Below, piece after piece: positions 37,123-47,543 of a stretch of DNA of 64,000 nt. The notes under the pieces are model-generated. The model did no database searches and was not told the origin of the DNA. It saw only the letters and a list, made by a program, of their open reading frames with translations. The stretch spans positions 128,001 through 192,000 of the forward strand of contig JBDRRF010000079.1 of the NCBI GenBank assembly GCA_043825875.1, written 5' to 3'. The translations under genes and the position numbers were made by a program. How positions within the stretch are numbered: the first letter of the stretch is position 1; the number at the start of each line of letters is the position of its first letter. The stretch is from Pseudomonadota bacterium. GTDB taxonomy: Bacteria; Desulfobacterota; Desulfobacteria; Desulfobacterales; RPRI01.

Positions 37123-38331
37123 ATGTCTGAATTGTTTTCGCAGAAAATGATCGGGAAGCTTAAACTTAATAATAGGATGATTCGCACAGCTTCGCATGAA
37201 GGTCTGGCCGACAGGCGCGGGGCACCTACTGAAGAACAATTTAATTTTTATCGCGCCTTTGTGGAAGGTGGGATCGGCATGATAATTACGGGTTATGCCG
37301 GAATCATGCAAAATGGCAAAAGCTCACTTTATCATATGACCATGATCGATGATGATGAACTCATCCCCGCACATCAAAAAATGGTCGAAAAACTTCATAA
37401 TTTGGGCGGGAAAATCGTCTGCCAGATCGCTCACTGCGGAAGACAAACCCTCTCGGAAGCTACCGGCGAAACAGTATTGCTTGCACCTTCCTCAATTCCG
37501 AATACTTTTTTTAAAGAAGTTCCCAGGGAACTCACCCAAAAAGAAATCATGGAAATCATCAGCCGATTTGCAGCAGCAGCCAAACGCGTTCAAAAAGCAG
37601 GATACGATGGCGTGCAAATCCATGGCGCACACGGCTATCTACTTTCCACTTTTCTTACCCGACGTTCTAATAAAAGAAAAGATAAGTGGGGCGGAAGTAA
37701 AGAAAATCGGTTCAGAATTGTTGCAGAAACACTTAAGGCCGTGCGTGAAGAAGTTGGTAAGGACTATCCGGTTTTAATAAAACTCAACAGTTTTGAGCGG
37801 TGGCATAACGGTATCAAGCCGTCTGAATGTGTTGAATATGCCCAGATGGTTGAAAAAACCGGCTGTTGCGATGCTATTGAAATCAGCGCAGGCAGTGATG
37901 AAGACAGTTTTTATATGGCAAGGGGATACTTTCCCACAGAAGGAATTTTAAAGTACTTGCGGCCATATTGTAAGTTGGGAAAAATCGCGAAAGGTTTCAT
38001 TCGTTATGTGATCGCACCGTTTAATATACTTATTCAACCCCCATTTAAGGAAGGATACAATCTGGAAACGGCAGCCAGGGTTAAACAGGCCGTATCTTTG
38101 CCGGTAATTACAGTAGGCGGTATGCGAAGCAAGGCATTCATGGAATCCGCCATTCGTGAAGGTAAAACCGATTTTGTATCCCTTGCAAGGCCGTTACTCT
38201 TAGAACCCGATCTTGCAAACAAGTTTATGAGAAACGAAAGCGAATCTGCAAAATGTGATAATTGCAATATCTGTTTTGTTGCTACAGACACGGCTCCTAT
38301 TCAATGTCATAAGGATGAGTTTGTTTGTTAA
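37123..38331 (+). CDS. NADH:flavin oxidoreductase (Old Yellow Enzyme family)
   Basis: QIAHCGRQ, GYDGVQIHGAHGYL, NKRKDKWGGS.ENR and ARP motifs; C-terminal CxxCxxC. Confidence 0.92.
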   Translation: MSELFSQKMIGKLKLNNRMIRTASHEGLADRRGAPTEEQFNFYRAFVEGGIGMIITGYAGIMQNGKSSLYHMTMIDDDELIPAHQKMVEKLHNLGGKIVCQIAHCGRQTLSEATGETVLLAPSSIPNTFFKEVPRELTQKEIMEIISRFAAAAKRVQKAGYDGVQIHGAHGYLLSTFLTRRSNKRKDKWGGSKENRFRIVAETLKAVREEVGKDYPVLIKLNSFERWHNGIKPSECVEYAQMVEKTGCCDAIEISAGSDEDSFYMARGYFPTEGILKYLRPYCKLGKIAKGFIRYVIAPFNILIQPPFKEGYNLETAARVKQAVSLPVITVGGMRSKAFMESAIREGKTDFVSLARPLLLEPDLANKFMRNESESAKCDNCNICFVATDTAPIQCHKDEFVC

Positions 38332-38358
38332 AATTTTACTTCCCGTTATCTATAAATA

Positions 38359-38973
38359 TCAAGAGGCTTTAGCCATCTTGAATCTTTTCGGCCTTCTCCA
38401 GTAAATATATTCCAAAGCTTCTTTGATGGCTATGTTAATTGGGAATCTCTTAAAACCAATCCCAGGGTTTAATGCAGCTATTCGCATAAAGCTTTCCTGG
38501 TATACCGGAATATTCATTCCTGCTGAAATGCCTATACCAACTCTGCGAACGGTCTCAGGATAACTTTCTTTGATATGCCTGCAAGTACAAAACTCCAGAT
38601 CGCCATAACGGTTTTTGCGTGCTGCAAATCCGAAAAGCCTGCATAAGAGTGGTCTGAAGTAATAGTAAGTGCAGTGTCCATTTACCGGAATGTTGGCATC
38701 CTGTGAAAATAATGCACAGGAAAAATCGTTTTCTTCAATAAGATTTTCTGATCTAAGCAAAATTGTTTCTTCTTCTTTATTTTGAAAAATAGCTTCTGCA
38801 AGCGGAAGCATTTCGAGAATAGTTGCTTCGATCTTTTGGGTTTTGCAACAAAGCCCGCATCCTTTGGGGCAAGACAGAGAAGTTGCACGCTGGATGCGCT
38901 TAATGTTTCGATCTATGCTGCGATATGTCCTTAGGATTTCAGAATTAAGATTAAAGGTTTCGTTTCCGCCCAA
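38359..38973 (-). CDS. YkgJ family Cys-cluster (Fe-S/Zn) protein
   Basis: CPKGCGLCC and CTYY..RPLLCRLFG motifs; start uncertain. Confidence 0.82.
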   Translation of the reverse strand: MGGNETFNLNSEILRTYRSIDRNIKRIQRATSLSCPKGCGLCCKTQKIEATILEMLPLAEAIFQNKEEETILLRSENLIEENDFSCALFSQDANIPVNGHCTYYYFRPLLCRLFGFAARKNRYGDLEFCTCRHIKESYPETVRRVGIGISAGMNIPVYQESFMRIAALNPGIGFKRFPINIAIKEALEYIYWRRPKRFKMAKAS

Positions 38974-39389
38974 ATCAATTTCCTTTACACTGATTTATAT
39001 TATTATATGTATCACACTGATATCGGAGGCGGGATAATACCTGTATTTAAAAAGAAATCAATAAATATTTTATAAACTAACAAAGAACGAATAGAAAATG
39101 ACAAAGCATATTAAATTACTGATAAGTTATATTTATTCTGCAATTTGCTTATGGCAGGAATCTGAAAATTTCTTGACAAGAATAAGCACAAAGAGTAGGC
39201 AAACTCTATATTAATGCGGATTTTAAATATCGATTACCATTATTCTACAATCGGGGGTTATTTAGTAACTATCTGTTTTTAATATTTAATCTTGCACAAC
39301 AAACATTAGCATGCCGAAATAATAATGAGTTAAACGTTTGAGAAAACTAAAGAGGTTTATACTAATGCTGACAGCTAAGAGGTATAAAA

Positions 39390-40025
39390 GTGGATAAAAA
39401 GGGCCAAAGAAAGTTTTCACAAGGGTCTATAATGCTTTTTTCCATAATCGGTCTTGTTGCAGGTCTTTTAATAGGATGGGTGGTTTTCCCAAAACTTCTT
39501 TATTCAAAGAAAACACAACCAGTTGATTTTAATCATGCTATTCATAACGAACAGGTTGATAACGGTTGTGATAGTTGCCATATCTTCAGGGAAGACGGAA
39601 GTTTTGCAGGAGTTCCAAAACTTGCGCAGTGCGCTGATTGCCATCAGGAAGTACAGGGTGACAGCTCTGATGAGAAAATATTTGTTAAAGAATATGTTTT
39701 AGAGGAAAAAGAAGTTCCATGGCTGATTTATTCAAAACAGCCCGACTGTGTTTTCTTCTCCCATGCAGCCCATGTTAAAAAGGCAAAAATGGAGTGCGCC
39801 ATCTGCCATGGGGGCATAGGAGGATCAACAAGTTTAAAACCATATGAACAAAACAGAATAACCGGCTACAGCCGTGATATCTGGGGAAAGAACATTGCCG
39901 GAACCAAGGAAAATTCGTGGGATAGAATGAAGATGGATGATTGCGCAAAGTGTCATGAAAAAGAAACCGGCAGAAGATCAAGCGTTCAAACCGGCAAGGA
40001 GGCCTGCTTTGTGTGCCATAAGTAA
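39390..40025 (+). CDS. qrcA: Qrc complex multiheme cytochrome c subunit
   Basis: N-terminal TM helix, five CxxCH motifs, YSKQPDCVFFSHAAH and TGYSRDIWG. Confidence 0.9.
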   Translation: MDKKGQRKFSQGSIMLFSIIGLVAGLLIGWVVFPKLLYSKKTQPVDFNHAIHNEQVDNGCDSCHIFREDGSFAGVPKLAQCADCHQEVQGDSSDEKIFVKEYVLEEKEVPWLIYSKQPDCVFFSHAAHVKKAKMECAICHGGIGGSTSLKPYEQNRITGYSRDIWGKNIAGTKENSWDRMKMDDCAKCHEKETGRRSSVQTGKEACFVCHK

Positions 40026-40040
40026 TAAGAGGAAAAACTT

Positions 40041-42185
40041 ATGAAAATAGACAGAAGATCTTTCTTGTCGCTTGGAATAGGCGGTGCGGCAGGTATTGCG
40101 CTTTCACCATTGCCATTGAAGCTTATGGATGACAGTGCAATATGGACACAGACATGGCCGTGGACTCCTGTGCCGCCTGATGGTGAAGCAACTTATGTTA
40201 ATTCTGCATGCACTCTTTGCCATGGCGGATGTGGAATTTCCGTCAGAAAGATTAATGGCAGAGCAGTTAAAATAGAAGGAATAGAAGGGCATCCCGTTAA
40301 TGACGGTGGAATTTGTCTTTTAGGACTTTCGGGATTGCAACTTCTCTACGGTCCCACACGCATAGAATCTCCCCTTAAAAGAACCGGTGAAAGAGGATCA
40401 GGAAAATGGAGCGTAATATCCTGGGAAGAGGCTATTTCAGAAGTTGCAGAAAAACTTAAGGCATTAAGAAAAAATAAAGATTCGGGCTCGGTGGCCTGTA
40501 TTTCGGGCACTGACAAAGGTACAGTATCTGCGCTTTTTAAGAAATTTCTTTCGGTATACGGATCTTCTAATTTTATGCGGATGCCATCTGTTTCCGATGC
40601 TTATGAACTTTCAGCTTTTCTTTCTTCAGGACAAAAAGCGGAACTTGCCTTTGATATTGAAAATTCCGATTTTATCTTAAGTTTTGGAAGCGGTCTTATT
40701 GAAGGCTGGGGATCGCCTGTTCGCATGATGCGGGCAAACAGCATTTTACGTAAAGCAGATGCCAAAATAATACAGATTGAACCGCGTCTTTCAAATACTG
40801 CTGCAAAATCAAATAAGTGGATTCCGATTAATCCGGGAACCGAATACGCTTTGGCCCTGGGGCTTGCAAATGTAATTATCTCAAAAACACTATTTAATAT
40901 TAATTTTGTAAAAAGCAATACTTCAGGATTTGCAAAGTTTGCTGCATTTGTTCAGTCTTTTTATTCACCTGACAAGTTGGAAAAAATAACAGGCATTAAA
41001 AAAGAAACCATTGAAACTCTTGCCAAAGATTTTGCCAGTGCTGCAAAACCTTTAGCAGTCTGTGGAAAAGGACAGGGTAAAGAACAGGGATTTTTGGGTG
41101 AAGTTATGGCGGTGCAGGCATTAAATGCGCTTGTTGGAAACATTAACAAAAAAGGAGGCGTTTTTACTGTTTCCGGTCGAAGATATTTTTCATTGCCGGG
41201 TATGGCTAATTACGAAACAAACCTTGCAAACCGTTTTACTGATGACGTTAACTCAGGGAAATATAGCGCTAAAGCGCTTTTTGTTTATGAATCAAACCCG
41301 CTTTACTCACTGCCTGATTCAAATTCTGTAAAGAAAGCTTTTGCCAAAATTCCTTATATTGTCAGTTTTTCATCATTTATGGATGAAACTGCAATGAATT
41401 CGGATTTAATTTTACCTAACCATATCTACCTTGAGCGCTATGAAGATGTTCATGCCACATTGCTCCCAAAACCAGTTATCAGCCTTTGCGTACCTGTTGT
41501 AGATCCTCAGTTTAATACAAAACATACAGGCGATGTTATAATTCAGATAGCAAAGAAAATGGGTTCACCTGTTGCAGATTCTTTTAAATGGAAAAATTAT
41601 GATTCATTTATAGAAGAAGCACTTGGCGATAAATGGGAAGTACTTTCGGAACAAGGATTCTGGGAAGACAGAATAGCTGAACTTTTGACCTTAAAAACGT
41701 CTTCAAAAAAATTTGATTTTACAGCAGGATTTTCAGATATTAAAAGTTTATTTACTTATCCTGATGCCGGGGCCGATCCGGATAAATACCCATTTATTCT
41801 TATACCCTACGATTCTATCAGAATTGCAAACGGCTATATTGGTGATCCGCCTTTTACCGTAAAAACAGTGGAAGATACGGTTCTTTTTGGAAATGATGTA
41901 CTTGTGGAAGTAAATCCGCTGACTGCTAAAGCTTTAGGGCTTACAGAAGGAAGCTATGCAATAATCGAAACTTCCAAAGCAAAGGCAAGAGTAAAAATTC
42001 ATCTGTTTGAAGGAATAATGCCCGGTCTTATAGCTATGCCGAGAGGACTTGGCCATAGTGCATATGACAATTATCTTGCCGGCAAGGGAATTAATGTTAA
42101 TGAACTGATCGGGACACAAAAAGATCCGGCTTCCGGCCTTGATGCAGCTTGGGGTATAAGGGCTGCTCTGAGCAAAGCTGTTTGA
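40041..42185 (+). CDS. qrcB: Qrc complex molybdopterin-oxidoreductase-like subunit
   Basis: Tat motif RRSFL, DDSAIWTQ, CxxCxxxC..C, CISM-family fold; operon context. Confidence 0.9.
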   Translation: MKIDRRSFLSLGIGGAAGIALSPLPLKLMDDSAIWTQTWPWTPVPPDGEATYVNSACTLCHGGCGISVRKINGRAVKIEGIEGHPVNDGGICLLGLSGLQLLYGPTRIESPLKRTGERGSGKWSVISWEEAISEVAEKLKALRKNKDSGSVACISGTDKGTVSALFKKFLSVYGSSNFMRMPSVSDAYELSAFLSSGQKAELAFDIENSDFILSFGSGLIEGWGSPVRMMRANSILRKADAKIIQIEPRLSNTAAKSNKWIPINPGTEYALALGLANVIISKTLFNINFVKSNTSGFAKFAAFVQSFYSPDKLEKITGIKKETIETLAKDFASAAKPLAVCGKGQGKEQGFLGEVMAVQALNALVGNINKKGGVFTVSGRRYFSLPGMANYETNLANRFTDDVNSGKYSAKALFVYESNPLYSLPDSNSVKKAFAKIPYIVSFSSFMDETAMNSDLILPNHIYLERYEDVHATLLPKPVISLCVPVVDPQFNTKHTGDVIIQIAKKMGSPVADSFKWKNYDSFIEEALGDKWEVLSEQGFWEDRIAELLTLKTSSKKFDFTAGFSDIKSLFTYPDAGADPDKYPFILIPYDSIRIANGYIGDPPFTVKTVEDTVLFGNDVLVEVNPLTAKALGLTEGSYAIIETSKAKARVKIHLFEGIMPGLIAMPRGLGHSAYDNYLAGKGINVNELIGTQKDPASGLDAAWGIRAALSKAV

Positions 42186-42198
42186 GAATGAGGTTTGG

Positions 42199-42978
42199 AT
42201 GAAAGAAGAAAAAAGCAGTAAAGATGCTAAAAAATATGGGATGGTAATTGATCTGGATAAATGTACCGGTTGCGGATCATGCATGGTTGCCTGTATGGCT
42301 GAAAATAATGTGTCATTCAAGGAAGATGAATCCAAAAAGCTTGACAGCATTACCTGGATGAGAGTGTACAGGCTTACAAACGGCAAATCATTTCCTGATA
42401 CCGATATCTGTTATCTTCCAAGACCCTGCCAGCATTGCGGAGGAAAAGGAGACCACGGCCATTCGCCCTGTGTTTCCGTTTGTCCTGCAACAGCAACCGA
42501 TTACAACATGGAAACAGGAATTGTAAGCCAGATTTATACAAGATGTTTCGGATGCCGCTACTGCATGGCTGCATGTCCTTATCATGCAAGGTATTTCAAC
42601 TGGTGGGACCCGGTCTGGCCTAAAGGCATGGAAAAATACTTAAGCCCTAATGTTTCGGTGCGCATGAGAGGTGTTGTCGAAAAATGCAGCTTTTGTTTCC
42701 ATAGGTATCAGCTTGCAAAAGACAAAGCATATTATGAAGGCCGCAATGAAGTAGCAGAAAGCGAATACCAGACGGCTTGTACGCAGGCATGCCCTGCCGG
42801 TGCTATTACTTTCGGGGATCTTAATAATACCGGTCATGCAGTTTATAAACTTAAGAACAATAAAAACGCCTTCAGGCTCCTTGAAAGACTTCAGACAAAT
42901 CCAAAGGTTTATTATCTTTCAAGTAAAAAATGGGTTAGAGACGCAGGCGATAATTATCTTAATAATGAAAAGAATTAA
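42199..42978 (+). CDS. qrcC: Qrc complex Fe-S subunit
   Basis: DLDKCTGCGSCMVAC, CFGCRYCMAACPY and KCSFC motifs (NrfC/DmsB type). Confidence 0.92.
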   Translation: MKEEKSSKDAKKYGMVIDLDKCTGCGSCMVACMAENNVSFKEDESKKLDSITWMRVYRLTNGKSFPDTDICYLPRPCQHCGGKGDHGHSPCVSVCPATATDYNMETGIVSQIYTRCFGCRYCMAACPYHARYFNWWDPVWPKGMEKYLSPNVSVRMRGVVEKCSFCFHRYQLAKDKAYYEGRNEVAESEYQTACTQACPAGAITFGDLNNTGHAVYKLKNNKNAFRLLERLQTNPKVYYLSSKKWVRDAGDNYLNNEKN

Positions 42979-42995
42979 TTGAGGATAGGTAATCA

Positions 42996-44228
42996 ATGGA
43001 TTCAAATATTATATCCGGGGAACTAAAGCGTTGTCCTAAATGGCAGTTTGCTTTGTGGATAGGGGCAGCAAGTGCTGTGCTGTTATGGGGTGTTTACGCC
43101 ATGCTGCTTTGCTGGATTAAAGGTCTTAACCAGACCAATATGAATGACGCATATGGTTTTGCGTTATGGATCTGGGCCGATCTTGCTATCATAGCGCTTG
43201 GAGGCGGGGCATTTTTTACAGGTTTTTTAAGATATATATTAGGAAAAGATGAACTTAAAAATATTGTAAACTATGCGGTTATTATCGGTTTTATCTGCTA
43301 CAGTTCAGCACTTATTATACTGGGTATTGATGTTGGGCAGCCAATAAGAGGCTGGTTTATTTTCTGGCATGCCAATGTGCATTCAATGCTTACCGAAGTG
43401 GCATTTTGTCTTACCTGCTATCTTTTTGTTTTGATTATAGAATATATTCCAATCATACTTGAAAACCGACGTATAGATAAAATTCCCTTTTATCACAATC
43501 TTGGCCATAACATGCATTCAATGATGGCCGTATTTGCTGCAACAGGAGTTTTTCTGTCATTTTTTCATCAGGGATCTTTGGGTGGCGTATCCGGCGTTTT
43601 GTTCGGGCGCCCGTTTGGTTACAGAGAGGGAGTATTTATCTGGCCCTGGACATTTTTCCTCTTCACATGGTCGGCTGCCGCCTGCGGACCCTGTTTTACA
43701 ATTCTTATTACAAAAATCACTGAAGCACTTACAGGCAAAAGACTTGTAAAGGACAATGTAATAGAACTTCTTGCAAAGATTTCCGGCTGGATGTTAGGAA
43801 CTTACATAATAGCGAAAATAATAGATACTCTGTATTGGGCAATGGTTACGCTTCCTGCATCAGGATTTACCCTTATGGATTTTTATTCAAATAATCCTTT
43901 TTATGGCATATGGATACTTGTTCTTGAAATAGCAGTTTGCGGAATTCTTCCTGCGCTGATACTGATATCTGAAAAAGGGCGAAAAAACAAATCTGCACTT
44001 ATAATCGCTGCAATTCTTGCGGTGTTGGGGGTTTGCATAAACCGCTGGGTACTTGTTCTTCAGGTAATGGCCGCTCCGGTTTTAACATTTGAAACATGGC
44101 AAATGTATATTCCGAGCTGGCAGGAGGTTGCGACTACGATTCTGCCACTTGCTTACGGTGTGCTTATTATATCTTTTTCATACCGTTACCTGCCGGTATT
44201 TCCGCAGGAAAAGGAGTTGAATCCTTAA
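42996..44228 (+). CDS. qrcD: Qrc complex NrfD/PsrC-family membrane subunit
   Basis: GLNQTNM, ALGGGAFFTG, DVGQPIR, HSMLTEV and FFHQGSLGG motifs. Confidence 0.92.
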   Translation: MDSNIISGELKRCPKWQFALWIGAASAVLLWGVYAMLLCWIKGLNQTNMNDAYGFALWIWADLAIIALGGGAFFTGFLRYILGKDELKNIVNYAVIIGFICYSSALIILGIDVGQPIRGWFIFWHANVHSMLTEVAFCLTCYLFVLIIEYIPIILENRRIDKIPFYHNLGHNMHSMMAVFAATGVFLSFFHQGSLGGVSGVLFGRPFGYREGVFIWPWTFFLFTWSAAACGPCFTILITKITEALTGKRLVKDNVIELLAKISGWMLGTYIIAKIIDTLYWAMVTLPASGFTLMDFYSNNPFYGIWILVLEIAVCGILPALILISEKGRKNKSALIIAAILAVLGVCINRWVLVLQVMAAPVLTFETWQMYIPSWQEVATTILPLAYGVLIISFSYRYLPVFPQEKELNP

Positions 44229-44234
44229 CTATTT

Positions 44235-44372
44235 GGGTTCAGAGTTCCATTGTTCACAGTTCAAGGTTAAAGTTCGATAAAACCAAACGTTTTGAAAGTG
44301 GCTCTATCGTAAAAAAATAAGCCGGGATTTGCTTATGAAGGGCTCAAGGAAACCAACTGTGAACTGTGAACC
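44235..44372. repeat. inverted heptamer arrays (GTTCACA / TGTGAAC) enclosing a 20-bp end fragment of MITE family A
   Basis: GGTTCAGAGTTCCATTGTTCACAGTTCAAGG and AACTGTGAACTGTGAACC; AAACGTTTTGAAAGTGGCTC at 44285-44304. Confidence 0.6.
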
Positions 44373-44423
44373 AAACAACCAGCACAGTTGCCTTAACCCT
44401 TGGGCGATAAATGGAGGTAAATA

Positions 44424-44576
44424 ATGTTTCCTTTTTGTTTTGAATGGATGTGGGATATGTCCCATATGGTTTTTATGGGCGGCTTATGGTTTGCTCTTAT
44501 AATTATAGTCATTGGAATAACTTATTGTATTGGCCGGGCTTTTTATGATACACACATAAATGAGGGCAAAGACTGA
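44424..44576 (+). CDS. 50-aa single-TM protein downstream of qrcD (not in the ORF track)
   Basis: GGAGG SD; MFPFCFEWMWDMSHMVFMGGLWFALIIIVIGITYCIGRAFYDTHINEGKD; lies before the terminator. Confidence 0.75.
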   Translation: MFPFCFEWMWDMSHMVFMGGLWFALIIIVIGITYCIGRAFYDTHINEGKD

Positions 44577-44605
44577 CATAATCAATAAATCAGAAGATAT
44601 ATAAA

Positions 44606-44651
44606 AAGCGCTTGCCCGTGAAATTTTAAAGGGTATGCGCTATTTTTTTTT
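44606..44651 (+). terminator. intrinsic terminator of the qrc operon
   Basis: AGCGCTTGCCC..GGGTATGCGCT stem followed by a long T-run. Confidence 0.7.
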
Positions 44652-44707
44652 AAGAATAGTGCATCGAACATCGATTAACGAACCGATTGTAAAGTGAGAA
44701 GATAAAA

Positions 44708-45961
44708 ATGGATAAAATATTAGTTGAAGGCGGGCATCCTTTAAGCGGTGAGGTTAAAATAAGCGGTGCAAAAAATGCAGCACTTCCGATTTTAATATCT
44801 TCTTTGCTTGTTGACGGTTCTTGCACCTATTCAAATGTCCCTGATTTAATGGATATAAAAAGCACAAAAGATCTTCTCATAAATCTTGGCGTAAAAGTGG
44901 AGATGGAAGGAAATACTGTAAAACTTGATGCCGGAGGGCTTAATAATTATGAGGCTCCGTATGAACTTGTAAGAAAAATGAGAGCATCCATACTGGTGCT
45001 TGGCCCTCTTGTAGCAAGGCTGAAAAAAGCAAGGGTTTCTCTTCCGGGAGGATGTTCAATAGGGGCGCGGCCTATAAATCTGCATCTGAAGGGTCTTGCC
45101 GCTCTTGGAGCAAAAGTTGATCTGGTTCATGGATATGTTGAAGCAAGTGCAGATGTATTAAGGGGAGCGGAATTTTATTTTGACACAGTTTCTGTAACCG
45201 GCACTGAAAATCTCATGATGGCAGCCGTTCTTGCGGATGGGATTACTACTCTTCGTAATGTGGCCAGAGAGCCTGAAGTTGTTGCCCTTGCGGATGTGCT
45301 AAATAAAATGGGAGCAAAGATTGAAGGCATAGGAACATCGGTATTAACAATAACTGGAGTGCCTTCTTTAAAACCTGTTTCAACGCCGATTATACCCGAT
45401 AGAATAGAGGCCGGAACTTTTATGGTTGCTGCGGCACTTACCGGTGGTGATATAGAAATTGTTGATTGCGAACCTACACATCTGGAATCAGTAATTCACA
45501 AGCTTAGATTGATCGGTTCGGATATCAGTATAGAGGGCAATTCCATAAGAGTAAAAGGAGGGGAGAAAATCTCAAGCATTGATATAAAAACCATGCCCTA
45601 TCCCGGGTTTCCCACCGATATGCAGGCGCAGTTTATGGTTTTGATGTCGGTCGCAAAAGGTTTTTCCGTAATCACGGAAACAATCTTTGAAAACAGATTT
45701 ATCCATGTAAGCGAATTAAAAAGAATGGGTGCCAATATCAAGATTTCCGGTAATACCGCAATGATCACCGGAGTACCAAAACTTATGGGTGCTCCTGTTA
45801 TGGCTACGGATTTAAGAGCAAGCGCATCTCTCATACTGGCCGGACTTGTAGCATCTGGCACAACGGAAGTAAACCGCGTTTATCATCTTGACCGCGGATA
45901 CGAAGCTATAGAAAAGAAGTTTGCAGCTCTCGGAGCAAAGATAAACAGAGTTAAAGCCTGA
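44708..45961 (+). CDS. murA: UDP-N-acetylglucosamine 1-carboxyvinyltransferase
   Basis: [42 protein letters not shown] and HLDRGY motifs. Confidence 0.98.
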   Translation: MDKILVEGGHPLSGEVKISGAKNAALPILISSLLVDGSCTYSNVPDLMDIKSTKDLLINLGVKVEMEGNTVKLDAGGLNNYEAPYELVRKMRASILVLGPLVARLKKARVSLPGGCSIGARPINLHLKGLAALGAKVDLVHGYVEASADVLRGAEFYFDTVSVTGTENLMMAAVLADGITTLRNVAREPEVVALADVLNKMGAKIEGIGTSVLTITGVPSLKPVSTPIIPDRIEAGTFMVAAALTGGDIEIVDCEPTHLESVIHKLRLIGSDISIEGNSIRVKGGEKISSIDIKTMPYPGFPTDMQAQFMVLMSVAKGFSVITETIFENRFIHVSELKRMGANIKISGNTAMITGVPKLMGAPVMATDLRASASLILAGLVASGTTEVNRVYHLDRGYEAIEKKFAALGAKINRVKA

Positions 45962-46150
45962 TTTACTGCGGATGTTCATAAATCCGGTTACGTATTGTCA
46001 TTTCTAACTAATGGAAGATATCCCGAAAGCAGAGTTTTTGTATATGGTTTTGTCTAAACTCAGAATTTTTAAAAACATATAATCCGGTCTCCTCCGTTTT
46101 TTTCACCATACTCTTCTCGGTTAAATGCCCAGAATAACGGGATAAAACGT

Positions 46151-46178
46151 TTGACAATATCCCCGCAAGCGGTATATT
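46151..46178 (+). promoter_or_regulatory. sigma70-like promoter upstream of fic
   Basis: TTGACA-N16-TATATT; same flanking bases as the promoter upstream of hsdR. Confidence 0.6.
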
Positions 46179-46292
46179 GTAATCACGTTCATTTTGATTT
46201 ATCGGGAATAAGTACCGGCTTGAAGTACATTCTATCACCTGATTAATGTTACTTGGGGAAGGTCAACCGCTTTACAGAAGGAAAAACTCATT

Positions 46293-47357
46293 ATGACCTT
46301 AATACTCTTTTCCAAAAAATTTGAATCCGTTCCCGCTGCCACTTCCTGGTATCTCTCAGATTTAGGAGAAGCCAGAGGCAAGCAGGAATTGTTTACCCGC
46401 CAATCTCCACAGCGTCTAAAAGCGCTTCGTGAGCATGCTCTTATTGAGAGCGCAGTATCTTCCAACCGGATTGAAGGTGTGGAAGTTGATAAATCACGGA
46501 TTGCCACAATCGTCTTTGGAAAACCGCTTCTGCTGGATCGTGACGAAGAAGAGGTTCGGGGATATCGGCAGGCTCTGACATTAATTCATGAGCAAAGTTT
46601 AAAACTTTCAGTTTCGGAAGAGAACATTTTAAAACTTCATCATCTTACACGCGGAGAGATCTGGGATGCGGGACAATACAAAGAAAAAGATGGTAATATT
46701 ATAGAAAAATTGCCTGACGGCCGCTCGCGGGTCCGCTTCAAGACGGTTTCCGCCGCCCATACTCCGAAGCGTATGAAGGATCTTGTAGAACTATACAATG
46801 AAGCTATCCTCGATCGCAAAGTTCCTCCCCTTGTGCTCATGGCCGCCTTTAACCTGGATTTTCTTTGCATTCATCCATTCCGCGATGGAAACGGTCGTGT
46901 TTCAAGGTTGCTTTTACTACTGCAATGTTATCATCTTGGGTTTGAAGTTGGCCGATACATCAGCATTGAACGTCTCATTGAACAAAATAAAGAACGTTAT
47001 TACGAAACTTTGGAGCAGAGTTCCCAAGGCTGGCACGAAGGCAAACATGACCCATGGCCGTATATCAATTACCTCCTTTTTATCATTAAAGAAGCATGTA
47101 AAGAGTTTGAGCAGCGCCTGGGCCGGGTCAAGGCTCCCCGCGGGGCTAAAACAGATCTGATAGAAACTGCTGTAAGAAACTTTGATGCTGAGTTCACTCT
47201 TAGTGATCTGGAGAAGGCCTGTGCAAGCGTAAGCCGGGATATGGTTCGAAGGGTTCTGCGAGATCTGAAAAAAAACGGAGTGGTTGAATGTCTGGGACGC
47301 GGTCCAGGTGCTTTATGGCGAAAACGGGAAAAGGGTAATACCCTTAAAAAGAGGTAA
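46293..47357 (+). CDS. Fic family protein with C-terminal HTH
   Basis: HPFRDGNGRVSR catalytic motif; SSNRIEG inhibitory-helix motif. Confidence 0.93.
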   Translation: MTLILFSKKFESVPAATSWYLSDLGEARGKQELFTRQSPQRLKALREHALIESAVSSNRIEGVEVDKSRIATIVFGKPLLLDRDEEEVRGYRQALTLIHEQSLKLSVSEENILKLHHLTRGEIWDAGQYKEKDGNIIEKLPDGRSRVRFKTVSAAHTPKRMKDLVELYNEAILDRKVPPLVLMAAFNLDFLCIHPFRDGNGRVSRLLLLLQCYHLGFEVGRYISIERLIEQNKERYYETLEQSSQGWHEGKHDPWPYINYLLFIIKEACKEFEQRLGRVKAPRGAKTDLIETAVRNFDAEFTLSDLEKACASVSRDMVRRVLRDLKKNGVVECLGRGPGALWRKREKGNTLKKR

Positions 47358-47543
47358 TAAAGAGGGTAAGGTAAATATGAATCCGATGTTAGATTTATTT
47401 CAAATGAAAGCTATAATTTAAAATACATATTTGAAGTATTAATATCATAATGTGAGGACAGTATAAGATTGTTGAGCTGGTTTTGCCAATGGATTTAACA
47501 GGCTATGAATTTCGTTTCCAGATAACAGTAACCAAAAAGGTGC

